Part shown: piece by piece, positions 25,890 to 39,015 of the stretch | Position numbering within the stretch: the first letter of the stretch is position 1 | Layout of the letters: every line of letters begins with the position of its first letter | Source of the DNA: Phoronis australis | Lineage: Eukaryota > Animalia > Phoronida | Length of the DNA stretch: 64,000 nt | Assembly (NCBI GenBank): GCA_002633005.1 | Contig: NMRA01000031.1 | Span: forward strand, 1 to 64,000 | Reading direction: 5' to 3' | Made by a program: the position numbers and the translations under genes | The notes under the pieces: model-generated | What the model saw: the letters and a program-made list of their open reading frames with translations, nothing else | Database searches by the model: none | What the model was told of the DNA's origin: nothing

Positions 25890-28564
25890 ATGTTGTCTAA
25901 TGATTCTGCATTCTAGAAACACGGATGTTTGAGACTTTAGGCATGGGGAAGCTTGAACGTCACTAGGTGGCGGTAGTAAGACAAGAGTTTTACTGAGGGG
26001 GCCATTCTGCAAGCGTAAAGTACGTGTGAGGCAGTTTGCCTATAGTTCAGAAATATAGAATCCTTTCCCATAATCCAACATTCGAAGCTCATTTTAGTGA
26101 TCGTCATTTTGTAAGTGTACATTTTTACTTAATTCCTGGCATAATTGCAAACACCCTCCTTTTCAGCCTCGCAATTTTGTGTGGTGTTGTTTCAGGATCT
26201 TGCTTTTTTGCAAGCATCTATCATTACTCCTATATAAATAGATGCATTTAGGTAGCATTGTGATGCCCTTAACATATGAATTTCATGGTGCTTGTGAATA
26301 ACATTATGTTGTTCTGAACCTATTCGGATATGACCTGTTTTTGACATGGTTCATCCAATTGGAAGAGATCAATCAGAGCAGTTTGTATTGTTGTAAGTTA
26401 CTAGCCTCTGTTCACATCATGACGAATTCTTAATTATCACACTATATGAAGGCAGTTTGCAGATTTTTTAATTGAAGGTTACTGGAACTGAACAGTTAGT
26501 ACCACAAATGACCTTGGTGGAAAAGACTTTTAATTTTAATGTGCTTTTGACTTATCTGCTGTTCACCCATAAGCATTGAAAAATGTGCTTATGAAAAACC
26601 TAGGAAATGTTCTCTGAAGTTAGTCCTTTGCTAGGTGCCCTTGGTATTTTGGTTGGCATCATCAATAGTGGCATACTATTCCCTCCCACAATTCAACACT
26701 CGTCATACGTGTCCAGTGAAATTTTTAGGACCCATCTGTTTGTTAGTATTGGCGTTTAGATGGTACATGTCTGCTAGCTTGCTTTTCCTGATGGAAGAAT
26801 GTTTTTTGCTGAGGAGATCTTGCCAAAAGTTATAAGACACTTGGCTTTTTGGAACGCCCTTCATTCAGCACTTTCAAAATCAGGGTGAATAGACATCAAA
26901 ATCGTAAAAATAAAATCCCTTACTTTCAGTTTCATGTTACTTTGGAGATGAACTTGAGATGTTTTTGGTATTATAAAATAGGCATTTGATGCAATTTAGC
27001 TACTCTTTGCTACATTGTGATAAGTGTGGACTGGTAAAGTGGTATGGAACCAGTTGTTTAATGTAGGTTTTCAAAAGTGTTGGAAACAAAGTTTTTCAAG
27101 ATTCTGTTATTTCTGCCTCAGCCATTTGTGTTTGGCGTTTAAGACGAACGTTTCTTACAATGAGGCAAGTGGGTTTGGAGCCAAAAATGCATTTTGGGGA
27201 TTATTGCCGGGTGTAATGGACTTGAAAAATTGTTTGGATTTGACCAGAGTTATAAATCATCAAGATATGTTACTTTGAAGAAGTAGGTAGATTTTCTGAA
27301 GGTTACTCACGATTGCAATGGTGTAAAACATCTCTTTGCGTATCACCTTTTTTATTAGACTAGTATATTTTGTTATTTTTATTGTGACTGTTTTGTGTAA
27401 ATCATTTAACATTTTGGTTTATAAATACAACGGAAGACCTACTTGACCGTCTCATGCTTTTCGCATACTTTTTGGAGTAATAATTTGCTTTGCACTGTGG
27501 AGATCAGATGTGACTTGCAGGTGAAAATTATGCAAAGATCATCAAATTTTAGTAATAAGTTCTGTAAATGTAGTATGGTATAGCCAATTCACTCTACCAC
27601 AGTCCGAGAATCATGTTATAAAAGAGGCTAGTGAGTCAGCCGATGGTTTTGTCTTTATTTTATTTAGTTCTCCATTTTAATTCAAATCTACACCTGGCCT
27701 TTGGAACCAGCCGAATGAGCGCCTGAGCGATTGCTTTTTTTTACAAAAATCGCAGATGGAAATAAAGGCATTCTTGCCTAAACAAGGCATATTAACTGAA
27801 CGTCATGTATGTTTGCAAAATGTTAGAATGATATTTCATTAAGGATGAAAATATGTTTTGTCACTCTGTAGCAATTGACATGATCATCAACATGACGTTT
27901 TCATTGTGGCAAACTCAAAAGTTGGAATTCATTTCAAAAGTTCAACTTATTGGATAAAAACGCAGGATTGAATTCACAGTCTTTGTCTTCATCAGTAGAT
28001 GTTTTCTTAAAAGTCGCAAAACACTCAAAAACCTGGTTCATGCAAATTTCTTGTTTCAGATGGGCGCTGTTTTCGGGAAGCTCTTTTTGTGGAGCAATTT
28101 TTTTAAATTTCGAATAGATTTAAAAGTAAGCCTACAATTTCCAACAGCAAAGCAAACGTAAGTGGGAAATCTGGGCTTAAACAAATGAGGAAGCACGTAC
28201 ACATGAGTGTACAGGCGCTGTAGCCCAGGCTTAGTGAGCAAGCATTGACAAAAATATTCACTGCATTCCGCGAGCCTAATAGCAGTGCGTATTTCAAGGA
28301 TTATTTTGCTCAATTGGTTCTCGTATAGGCGCAAGCTCCTGTACCGAATAAAGGTGTAGCTTAGAACAAGACATAACGTTAACATTTAGGATACGTATCA
28401 GATACAAGTGGCACAGGTTAGTAAGTAGTACTGATTACCTACCAACTGGGTCGTGGAAAACGGCAAACTAAATACTAAGTACCAAATGGGTACCGGTACA
28501 CTCTACCAAATAATATATAAAGTATCAACTGAAGTGGGTATACCAAACCGCAGATGGGCTTTAA

Positions 28565-30199
28565 AGGAGAATGCCACCCAAAAAACAACCTGTTTTGTAT
28601 CAATTTAGATCGAGTAGTTCCACTTGATAACATCAAGTTCAGTTGTTTAAATGACACCTGACGGCAGACAGAGGTGTTGAAATTAACCAATGACGTAATC
28701 GGTTCCAACGCAGTCTGTTCAGCAGTTCTCAACTGGCTTACTGGTGTCAACTTATCGCTTGAATGCATTGTTTTACATCGAGTTCTTGAACAAACGTGTT
28801 GTTTTATTTCACTGTTACGGATTTATAGGTATTTGAACGTACGGTAGCCTACAGAGTTTGGCGGTCAATGAGAGCAGACTCCTAGGTTCGGCGGTAGGCC
28901 AATTTATCATGGTCGATCGCGGGAGTTTGGGTCCGTTTGGTGATAATTCGAATCATTATTAAGGGAAAAAACAGACAAGAAAGATAGCTGTATGTTGTAC
29001 TTTAAGACTTGCGATTTTTTCAGCTCTAAACACATAAAACGCTTGTTATCCCAGACAGTGCCTCAGAACCCGATCAGGACCATCGCGGCCACCGGAACTG
29101 GATATCGCGAACATAAACCAGCTTAAGTTAGAAACTAAACCTCCAGTCATGAAAATACTATAATAGTGAGCCAAAGAAATAATGTGCACGTAATTATTTT
29201 GGTGAATTAGCCACGAAACTGCAAATCTACTTACTTTTCAGGGACCGCGAAGTCAAGTTGCCCTTTTACAGAACCGTCAGGGCAAAAGTTGTACAGTAAC
29301 AATGATGTGAATAATGTATTTGTATATCTAAATAAAGATTTCCCTAACATGTGACCATAGCATACAAAATCGAGTTATTGTTTCACAACAGCTTTCTGTC
29401 AGCAAACACTGAATGCGCTCACACGGCCTCGGTTCCCGGTCAATTACATTTATTGCATCTCCAGCAGGTAACGCAATGAGTGGTTTATTCATTGCTGACT
29501 TCTCAAAACACTTGCACTCACGCATACTCCAAAGGCATTACAAATTGTATCTAATGAGACAGACTTTGTTTCAGTTTTATATAAGCATTGGTTAGGGTGA
29601 GAATAATTCATTCTTAAACAGAATAATAAACGTCAACATGGCAACTCGCAATCCCGACTTAGACGAGATGTCATCCGACGAAGACTTCGCAGGTGGATCG
29701 TTAAGTTTCACAGGCTATCAGTTCGTACCGGAGTTCAGTGATCAAGAAATACTAAAGAGGCGCCGTGAACATGCACAGGCAACGGAATGTATGGATAGTT
29801 CTTTTGTAAGCCGGTATTCGTCTGACTCGCGTACTGTCGACGACTGCGGGCCACAGACACGGAGAAGTTTCACGGCCTCATATTTCCTATTAACAGCGTA
29901 CTTTTTATTCTTCATTACCGCCAGCCACTTCCTAAGCATTTCGGACTCTCGAGGAAGTCGATAAAACGATATACACGCTTTCCTCGCAGCTGCATTGTTC
30001 GGACAAGCGGGAACGTTGCACCGCAACACAGCGGCATTCACTCTGCAAATGAACCACTGACGTCGCTGCGTCGTTTCTCACTTTCCTCACAGGTTAATGC
30101 GACACCTCTCGGCAAGGTAAGGTCCACCGCTTATGCGAGGCGATGTGGATATTGACCAATTAAGACAGTAAAAAAACTAATTATATCGGGTGGCATTCT
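28565..30199. mobile_element. Kolobok-like DNA transposon, internally deleted (TTAA target, AGG terminus, THAP and accessory ORF relics)
   Basis: TTAA|AGGAGAATGCCACCC ... GGGTGGCATTCT|TTAA. THAP-like ORF on - and acidic GYQFVPEFS ORF on +, convergent. Confidence 0.75.
29742..30041 (-). pseudogene. THAP zinc-finger relic (N-terminus of a transposase)
   Basis: C.VPAC.N...ISFYRLPRE..MLRKWLAVM...LRVCG pattern; the final His of the C2CH motif is lost. Confidence 0.7.
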
Positions 30200-30468
30200 T
30201 TAACAACCTGACGAAGTAGGTTCCGGTTATATAGTTATTTACGTAAGCCATTGCGTGTTCGAGGATAGAATAATAGACACTTACCTTGAATGCGCACAAA
30301 AGCAGAATAAAAATACCATAACAATTTCGAGTTCAAATTCAAGTAAAAAATAGACCCTAGCCCACGGCACCTGCTGTGATAGTAAGCTGGTCCAATTTGT
30401 CACCGATGAAATGTTTCTAAAAAGGACATTTGATGAAAAATAATCCTTCGAAAGTTCGTTACAAATAA

Positions 30469-30647
30469 TTTATTCAACCAACAGGTGGTCGAGGTGTGTT
30501 AAATTATCAATATATTTGAACTGCTTTACATCACCTCCATCGTCCAGTACATACACTTGCCCTGGGCCTAATGTACATATGGCTATAGGCCTGTAGACAT
30601 CATCCCTCGTGGCAATCAAGTGTTCACGTGCAGGAATGAATAGAATT
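30469..30647 (-). pseudogene. Orphan 3' end (last NHL repeat + AATAAA) of a TRIM-NHL paralog
   Basis: Collinear with 32124-32305 (PIAICTLGPGQVYVLDDGGDVKQFKYID vs PTAICTSDPGQVYVLELGGDVKVFKYLDI), including the minus-strand AATAAA. Confidence 0.8.
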
Positions 30648-30659
30648 CATACTGAGAAG

Positions 30660-31270
30660 TGCATAAGAAATCATGTTGTATGAGGCATGTGTATAAAAAA
30701 AACTTGGATATAGATGGGACTGATATAGGACATTATTAGGGTATTGGAATCAAGTTTGTTTTCTTTAAATATTGAAATAACTTTTTAATTTGTCGGAAAA
30801 ATGTTCAAAGATTGATTTATCATCTGGGTCAAAGGTTTAAATAACGTTTGTGTATGCTGTTTTAAAAAACTGTTGACAGTCTGTTGAAACCGAAAGAAGA
30901 TGTAGACTTGAGATTTCGAATATGTTTCAAAACAATATTCAGATACGTGGTTAGATTTGAAAGTGTGTTTGGGAAGAATTGAAAATTAATTGGAAAAAAT
31001 GTCTTGATTGAGGGGATGAATTTTCTCCTATATTGAGGAGAAAGTGATTAAAGTTTTCCACAAATTCTTTTTCATATGTACTTGTGTTATTGTTGGTATT
31101 TACAAATTTTGGGAATGTATCTTCTTTTGAAGGGTTGTCCATTACAGACTTAATCGTATTCCACGTTTTCTTTATGTCTGTTGGTTTTGCGAAAGTCCTG
31201 TTCATAAAACTGTGCTTTCGCTTGCTATATGACAGATTTGATGGTGATGTTATAAACAGGGTAAGCATGC
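30660..31270 (-). mobile_element. Degenerate LINE ORF2 fragment
   Basis: DIKKTWNTIKSV...ENFNHF..NIG and PLTQMINQSL..FP motifs of non-LTR ORF2; many stops. Confidence 0.55.
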
Positions 31271-32158
31271 AAAGTAGAAGGTGTTCTAATCAGTTTATAG
31301 TATAGTTCAACGCTAAATTTTTGTTGAGAGGAGTATGCCGTACGTCATGCATTGGTTTTGTGTTCATATTTAACAATTTTACTTCGAAAGTCTTAATCTC
31401 GTAGTGAAGTTAACATGTTAATAAAGGCTTTATAATTATGGCTGAGGTCACAATAGGGATCAGAGGTTAAAAGATGTTCGAAGTTATGGAATGTAAGTCA
31501 TTCCTAAAATTTACCTCAATAAGGTCATACTATACGTACAGTATAACCTGAATGGAGTGAAAAGACACACTCGGATTACGAGACATGCCAACTTTCAACT
31601 CCAAATGCAAAATGTCTGAAGCCTTATTGTTTTCACGACAAGTTGTCGGTTTACCGATGTTTGGTTATGATGTACTAACTTACGATAACAGAATTTTTAA
31701 GAATCATCAATCTCTGGCATAGCAGCCATTTCATAGTTGTTTGGCGGTCAGCCCAGTTTTAAATCAGCGTAACAATTTCGCTCTAAGTTTGAACTCAACG
31801 TGAACACAGGAGTGTGATGCGCAACGACGTGTTGAAATAAACAAGCTACGCACAGGAAGAAGAACAGGGGTGAAATAGTTAAGTCTGCGCTTTCATCAGT
31901 CTAGTTATAGTGATCAGTCAAAAATATATGATCTCGCTGTGTGAATGATCTTGTTTTGATCGACCGTTTATTCCAATTTTCGACAAAACCATCCAATGTC
32001 ACAATATCATCTGCACAAATTGTTGCGCTCACGTATGAGGATTATCTGTAAGTCATTTGATAAAAATATTTCATCAATGTAATTTATATACCAAAACATT
32101 TCATCAAAACATTATTGCAAGCATTTATTCAACCAACTAATAGTTCAGGTGTGTTAAA

Positions 32159-33979
32159 TTAGATATCAAGATATTTGAATACCTTCACATCACCTCCTAA
32201 TTCCAGTACATACACCTGCCCTGGGTCTGATGTACATATGGCTGTAGGCTCAGAGATTTCAACCCCCGTGGCGATCACGCGTGCACGTTCAGGGGTCAAT
32301 AGAATTATACGGTGATTGGGGTAGTCAGAGTCAGCCACGAGAATGTGACCGAACTGATCCACACACACACCGTGTGGCTCACACAGTTCATCACTGAATG
32401 TATGTATAACGGCCGGCTGTGTGGGGTCAATCACGTACACACGAGGGGGTGCCAATTGGCTCACAACCAGATGTCCAGAGTTCTCATCCACACATATATA
32501 GCGTGGTGAGAACTCCCTCAGACCCAGGGAGCAGGCTTCTATTTGATGGTGAACCTTAAATTCAAAATCTGTGTACATCACCCGTCCACCCTGTGTATCC
32601 GCCACTATCAGCTGGTCGATGTGACACGTAATACGCCCCATACCTTCATACACACGTGGGTAGACCTTCATCAGTCGACCTTTGACGTCATATTTGACAA
32701 CACCGTGAATGCCGTCGTCGGTGATGAAGATCTCACCAAGTCTATTACACGTCACATCCCTGGGAGACTGCAGTTGGTGTTGGGTGGTGTTTAACGTGAA
32801 TTTCAATTTCATTTTTTTCATGTCAAACACCTTGGCGGCCCTGCTGCTTATGTCCGTAACAATTAACACCCCATCACTCACTGCCAATCCCCAGCACCAG
32901 TTATACATGTAGTTGTCTTTCCTCCTTCCCCACCAACTCAAACTGCTAAATCTTTGCTCAAGTTGAACAGGTTCTTTAACAGGAGGTAAAGGGGTAACAC
33001 GGTCGCCAAGTGATTTACTGTAAACATCAACATTTGTTGCTAAATTTGGAGAAATTTTGCATAAAACGAGTTTGTTTTCTGACACATTTACAATATGTGC
33101 AGACATAGATGGAATTTCATAATTCGCAGCCCTTATTTTAAACACTGGTTTTGTCGCCTGCTTCTCAATTTGACCAACATTCAGATTTTCAAGAAGCGAC
33201 TTAATCTGTTCAAATTGTTGCAGTTTTTGGGCGTCATGATATGACTCAAGAACAGTATTTACATACTCCATAACATTTGCAAACTTTCCCCTGTTCAGTT
33301 CAGCCTCGTCACAAGCAGCTTCTGCCTGTTTTCTCGCAACCTCTATTTGTTCATCCAACTGAACAATGGCCTTCTCTACATTAAACTTGACTTGACGAGT
33401 GATCTCTGCCAGGGACTCGCTGTACATGCGATGTATCTCACTCTTGCAAGACTTTTGCTGTTGAGATAAACTTTCAAGAACTTTCTGTCGTTCGTCGTAC
33501 AACTTTTCCCAATGCTCCTTAACTTCATTTTGAGGCTTCAACATTTTGATAATGGCTTCAGTGGTCTCTTTTGCAGCAACGTCTAAATCTTTCAGTTTGT
33601 GTTGATTATGGTTCGAAGTGATGCAACGTGTGCATATGGGAACCTTGCATTGTTCACAGTAAAATTCCAAAATTCGCCCTTCGTGAATTGAACAATGCAT
33701 TTTGTTCTTGCTGTTAGTATTCGAAACAATGTCACAGATACTGGCATGAAAAAAGTTTTGTTGGAATCCAGTAACACCTTCGCTTGGAACGGGGAATTGT
33801 ATTTTGCACATCGGACATGGAAATGCCCCACTTTTCTCCTGCTCTGACATGTGACTGTTCAAGCAGTCTACGCAAAATGAGTGAAGACATGGCAAAACCC
33901 TGTGGTCACTGGATTGCTCCGTACACACGGGACACTCTAGGAGTTGACTCAGCAGGGCAACCGAATCGATGGAGGCCAT
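32159..33979 (-). CDS. TRIM-NHL E3 ubiquitin ligase-like protein (RING, B-box2, coiled coil, NHL repeats), copy A, intact, 606 aa
   Basis: C3HC4 RING CPVC..LPCLHSFCVDC..CPMC; B-box CSIH..YCEQC..IC..C..H..H; heptad coiled coil; NHL repeats (PRDVTCN..GEIFITD, EPHGVCVD..GHILVAD). ATG at 33979 lies just after a splice acceptor; AATAAA at 32129-32124. Confidence 0.92.
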   Translation of the reverse strand: MASIDSVALLSQLLECPVCTEQSSDHRVLPCLHSFCVDCLNSHMSEQEKSGAFPCPMCKIQFPVPSEGVTGFQQNFFHASICDIVSNTNSKNKMHCSIHEGRILEFYCEQCKVPICTRCITSNHNQHKLKDLDVAAKETTEAIIKMLKPQNEVKEHWEKLYDERQKVLESLSQQQKSCKSEIHRMYSESLAEITRQVKFNVEKAIVQLDEQIEVARKQAEAACDEAELNRGKFANVMEYVNTVLESYHDAQKLQQFEQIKSLLENLNVGQIEKQATKPVFKIRAANYEIPSMSAHIVNVSENKLVLCKISPNLATNVDVYSKSLGDRVTPLPPVKEPVQLEQRFSSLSWWGRRKDNYMYNWCWGLAVSDGVLIVTDISSRAAKVFDMKKMKLKFTLNTTQHQLQSPRDVTCNRLGEIFITDDGIHGVVKYDVKGRLMKVYPRVYEGMGRITCHIDQLIVADTQGGRVMYTDFEFKVHHQIEACSLGLREFSPRYICVDENSGHLVVSQLAPPRVYVIDPTQPAVIHTFSDELCEPHGVCVDQFGHILVADSDYPNHRIILLTPERARVIATGVEISEPTAICTSDPGQVYVLELGGDVKVFKYLDI

Positions 33980-34014
33980 TTTCTGCAGATAGAGCAAAGC
34001 AAATTCGATTTCTT

Positions 34015-34335
34015 GTCATGTGACTGTTCGAGCAGATGTCGCATAATTAGCGAACACCTGGCAACACCCTGTGGTCTTTAGATTGTTCCATACACACGGG
34101 GCATTCTAGAAGTCGCCGCAGCAGGGCAACCGTATTAATGGAAGCAATGTTCTGTTGATAGGATATAGCAAACTCATGTGACTAATCGAGCAGGTTTCAA
34201 AGAATGAGTGAAGACATAGCAGCACCCCGTGTGTCTCCGGATTGCTACATACACACTGAGCATTCTAAAAGTCGAAACAGCAGAGAAACTGAATCCTTCG
34301 ACGCCATTTCTTGTAGATAATAAAAACAAAATTTG
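34015..34335 (-). pseudogene. Two tandem decayed copies of the TRIM start/RING segment
   Basis: ~160-bp units at 34015-34172 (LLECPVCMEQSKDHRVLP, then stop) and 34174-34335 (MASKDSVSLLFRLLECSVC, then frameshift) repeat 33849-34000. Confidence 0.85.
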
Positions 34336-37300
34336 AATTAGGCGTTTTTGAGGTGCTATGAAAAACAACGGGTAGTCATTTGCCAGACGAACAAGCCAAT
34401 TATAAGGCGGTTTACTAAGAATGTCGTTTATATATGATGGTGATGTAGCATCGCACTTGTCTACACTGTGTTTGTCAACCTTGTCAAATAGTTTACAAAA
34501 ATTGTTTTTTCAATGAAATTTTAAAGAATATTAGTAGATAGTTCGGGATGTAGACTACTTTCAATAGAATTTTTAAAAACTAATTTGAAGTGTTAAATGC
34601 ACATCACTCAAACTACATATTTTTAAAATCCTCCATGACCACAGAATAGGTGCACGAGTGCATTGCCCAGAAGTTCGTAATCATGTTATTTTTTTTCAAA
34701 AAGAGTGATATAGACATCTGAGGGTTACATGAAACTTTGAAAGTTAGCCACTGGAATAGTTTAATTTTTGCGTGACGTCAAATGCATTGTTCAAACGAAA
34801 AATTCCATCGTGATAATGTTACGCCATTGCTGCTATCCGGCACATAACTTTTATACAATCGAGTACTGGAATTCAACTTGAACGTATATGAATTATGTGA
34901 TCCGTGATTGATTAAAACGTTTGTTTCAAGCCTAGATACGAGTGATGTTCCTGGTATCAGCCAATCAAAATTGGTCAAGACTTTTTTTCCTTAAATTATA
35001 ATAAATAAAATGTCCCGATAGATCTTTCAAATTCGGCGCGCAAGATCAGACTTGACGGGCCCCAATATCACACTCGTGGTGGCTTACATGCTGTTGATAG
35101 GGACCACGTGACATGTGCAGCAGAGATATTCCTGGAGCCCGCCTTTGCGCCCTTGACGCATAAAAAACAAAAAGACGTAAGTACATTGCAGCAGTGTGTC
35201 CCCTGTGCGCATCTGTTAAAATGCAAAATTCATCCAAAAATGCAAGATTGAATGACGTGCAGAGTCATTTTCGATCAAAATTAAACTCTTGAAGACTTTG
35301 ACAGATTGGCTGCCTTTGTGAGTTGGCCTGCCAGATAACATGACTGTGTTCTTACTCCGCCACAGCTGAACAGTCCGTGTGAAGTCTTTGTCAGACTGCC
35401 TTTTTGTATGGAATTTTTAGATAAAATAAGTTTACATGAACATGCCTCTGTTCTTATTTTGATTGTCCTTGGGTTCCTGTTTCCTATGTTACCACTTTAT
35501 TTACAACTTTTTGAAAAAAGTACATATTTTATCGTTAGGTACGTTTATCATAAAATACGCCCAAAAGACCAGGATTCAAACCAAGGAGTGTAGAACAATA
35601 GGAGTGTCTACTCCTCATCTTGTCATTCGTCGCAATGGTTATCGGTCGAAAAACTAGCGCCCAAAGCGGCGAATAAGCAACACTAAGTTAGAGGCGGAGT
35701 CCGAACCCTGTAAACACTGATAAATTCACACTTTATGACGTAAACCAACATCCACTTATAATCGAATGAGAATGAAAATGTGCGTTTTAATCAATATTAA
35801 AGTGCATCTACTTTCATTCTCTTGAAGCTCCCTTCAAAAGCCATCATGGTTTTGTTTCATGCTTGAGTTCTTAATAAGGCAAATTACCGTTCCTCATAAC
35901 ATTTCATACCTGCATGGACTATATAATTTTAGTGATTGCTCCTGGGGGTTTAGGGGGGAGTTGCCCCCAAGTGCCAGCAAAGAAGGTACAAGGGAGGAGT
36001 GCAAATCACTAGGTAAAATCCTAATTGCATCATTCTTCCGATCATAACTGAAGTTTCGCCAACATGACCCGCCTCAACTGTTACTACGTATTACTTACAG
36101 TATACTTGCAGTTGATCGAGAGGTTGAGCGGAACGCAGAGTTTTGTCCCACGCACCTGAAGCCTTGTGAATGAATACCATTTGGCATCAAATGCCTCTTC
36201 TATTTATATACATGAAATGTGTACGTACCCGCACGGGGACAAACTCAAATGACCTGACTCGTGATAGATCGGTTTAATCTTATCATGAAAATCCTCTAAA
36301 ACAATTCACCTCATTGAGGTAACAACTACTGGTTAGCCTACTTCATTTGTAGTCTGTGCAATTTCTGTCACGTTCTTACATGTACTGATGTGTGGTATTC
36401 AAATGTTTAATTAAGAGTAGACCTACTTTGACGATTGAGGGAAATGTTTGTCTGATTAAAATCCACGACGATGTGTTCTTGAGACTGCTGCCATCTGGTT
36501 TTCTCGCTAGCTTCCTCAATGGGCGACTGTGGGATTATAAATTTGGAAATGATCAACAATTATCAATGCTATCAGGTGATTATTACAGCCAGTACATGAC
36601 TGACTGATAGTATCTCTGTCGCAGCGAATTGTGGGCACACATCAAAACAACAGGCTTGTCCATAATTTAGGTTTTTTAGTTCCGATTATCTAGAGGCATC
36701 TCACGAAAAATGAACGGGGAGGTCATTTGTCATCACCAGGCTTTCATTATTTTAGTTAAATAATGAATCGTTGTAATGAGTGACATTTGGTGAATAGACT
36801 GCTTGATGTCGACGAGAACAGAAACGATTACGACGACAACGTCCATGAAACCAACGTCAATCAACAGCCCGGTGACGATGCTATGACAACGTCGGCTACC
36901 ATGCCGTCAGCAACGTAAGCATACAGACTGCATGCGACCACAAACAGATAACACTGCCAATGACAACCAGGCCAATGCGAGTGAAAACGACGCCGCCCAC
37001 ACCAAAGTGGACGCTGACCGGCATGACGCCACTGCCGACGACGACAACAACGTATTCCTGCATGGTTCCATCGGCATCTGCTGATGCCGTCAAGAATACA
37101 ACTGATAATTACAGCGAAACTGTTGATGGTGGCGACGGCAATTTGGTCATGAAGACGGAAGCAATGAAGATCGATATATGACTTTGTAGATTGTGATATT
37201 TAACGGTTGCTGATTTAATTTTTTGTAATATAATTATGGAATAAAATTCAGTTCAAATCTCCCAAAACGTTATAAATTATTAGTGTGAATACATGTAGAT

Positions 37301-38309
37301 ATCGTATTCAGTGAACCTATTCACTGTGACAGGATGTCGCTTGTCTTTGCAGTCAATATTTCTTGCGCTTGCACGTTGATGTCTTTGTGCATTTGGTTTA
37401 TCGAGTGCTTACAATGCATTCTTAGCACAGGAGCGCGTCCCACGTCATTGGCACATGATTAAACAATTTCCTCCGTGCACCATGCTTAACTCTGGCCAAC
37501 AGGCGCACTAAAACTGCTCCAGTTTCTGCTTTTGTCTTGAATATTAATCATTGCAACCAGTAACAACTAGATTTGTAGTACCTGATCAAATTTAGCGATG
37601 TGTGGTGTAACACACTTCGACAAATGTGATACCGCGTCTATATAGGAATTTATCTTCCGCGTAGCATCATTCGCCACCTCTGAATCGCCTGAACTGAATT
37701 TTTGTTCACAAGTACATGTATGGATGAGATGGGCTAAATTTTCAAAAAATAAAGAGGCAGAAACTATGGTTCAGTAGCCGCCACATTAATCAATTGGAAA
37801 ACCAATCACTGACGTCGTTTCATATAATACACTGAATTCCGTTATTGAACATATAAAACGAACACCGAACATCTATTTAGTTAACGGCACATAAACATGT
37901 TTTATTACGGAATACAAAAGTGACATCAAAGATGCAAATATAAATATAAGATATCGAATATAACTACATCAAGCCTAATCTTTTAACACTAATTTTGCAA
38001 CTCATAACAAGCCATATCCCAACTGGGCGTTTTGTGTTTGGTTAAATATTAACGCAGTTAGCCGTCGTGACCAATCACAAATCGCGTTATGTACTTAGAT
38101 AGCAGACAAATGCCACTCCCCAAAAATGAATAGAAAAAGGGAAACCTTAGACTAACGTGTTCCATAGGTCCTTAAAATTGGCCCATAGATTCGAAATGAC
38201 TCATAACATTTGAGGAATGTATAAAATGTTCCCTGCGTCACGTAGTGTTGGCAACGTGTTTTTGCAGTTGTATATCTCGTCAATAAATATATTTCCTTTC
38301 ATGACTTTA

Positions 38310-38541
38310 CATGCGCGCATCCAGGGGCGCTCGGGCCCCCCATTTTGGCGAAGTGGGCAAAAAGGTCCGCCTCTGGGAAACAAAAAGTCCGAGAAAATAA
38401 GACTAAACAAGCACAAACGCGCACTTCGCAGTGGTGCCCTGTTTTCTTATTTTTTTTAGTCCGCCCGCTGTTTTATTAGAAAAAAGTTCCACAACGTCAG
38501 GAGTTCGAGGCCCCTCATATTGAAGGCTGGGTGCGCACATG
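38310..38541. mobile_element. GC-rich MITE with 5-bp TSD
   Basis: CTTTA|CATGCGCGCATCCAG ... CTGGGTGCGCACATG|CTTTA. Confidence 0.75.
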
Positions 38542-39015
38542 CTTTAATAGGATATACAGCCTGTTTTAAACCCTTTTCTGTTTTGTTGATATCAACCAAT
38601 CTTCATTCTGTCCCCTTCTAAGGCACCATTGGCGTCTTACTTGTGTGATAAAAGCAATTTTCAAATAAATTGTCACAAGTGGTGTCACAAAAAGATAATA
38701 TCGTTCTTTGTAGTCTTTTCCTAGAGTTGTCGAGCAACTCGTCCAAAGCGTATGTCGCGATTGCCCTTTTATCAAACTATGCAAGTTTTCAAAATTTGAC
38801 ATACACTTTTGAGGGTCACCGTTGACGCGTGTCAAACTTTGTTGAGCAATCTGAGAACCATTACACAGTGTTTTATGATAAATTGTGAATTCACTCGCAT
38901 CGTCTGGGAAAACTTTATTATAGCATGTTCCAGAAGCCATGATTTATATTTATAGTTTTTCAAATTTTTAATTGTTACTTATTCGCAATCCAACTCCAGG
39001 CTCTCAAGTACCCGT

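Noticed and set aside
29328-29525. Minus-strand Cys-containing ORF inside the Kolobok-like element
   Set aside because: Only a vague resemblance to a HIRAN-like start; cannot be supported by eye.
36820-37181. Thr/Val-rich ORFs on both strands
   Set aside because: Degenerate (ACG/ACA)n low-complexity sequence with no recognisable domain or splice context.
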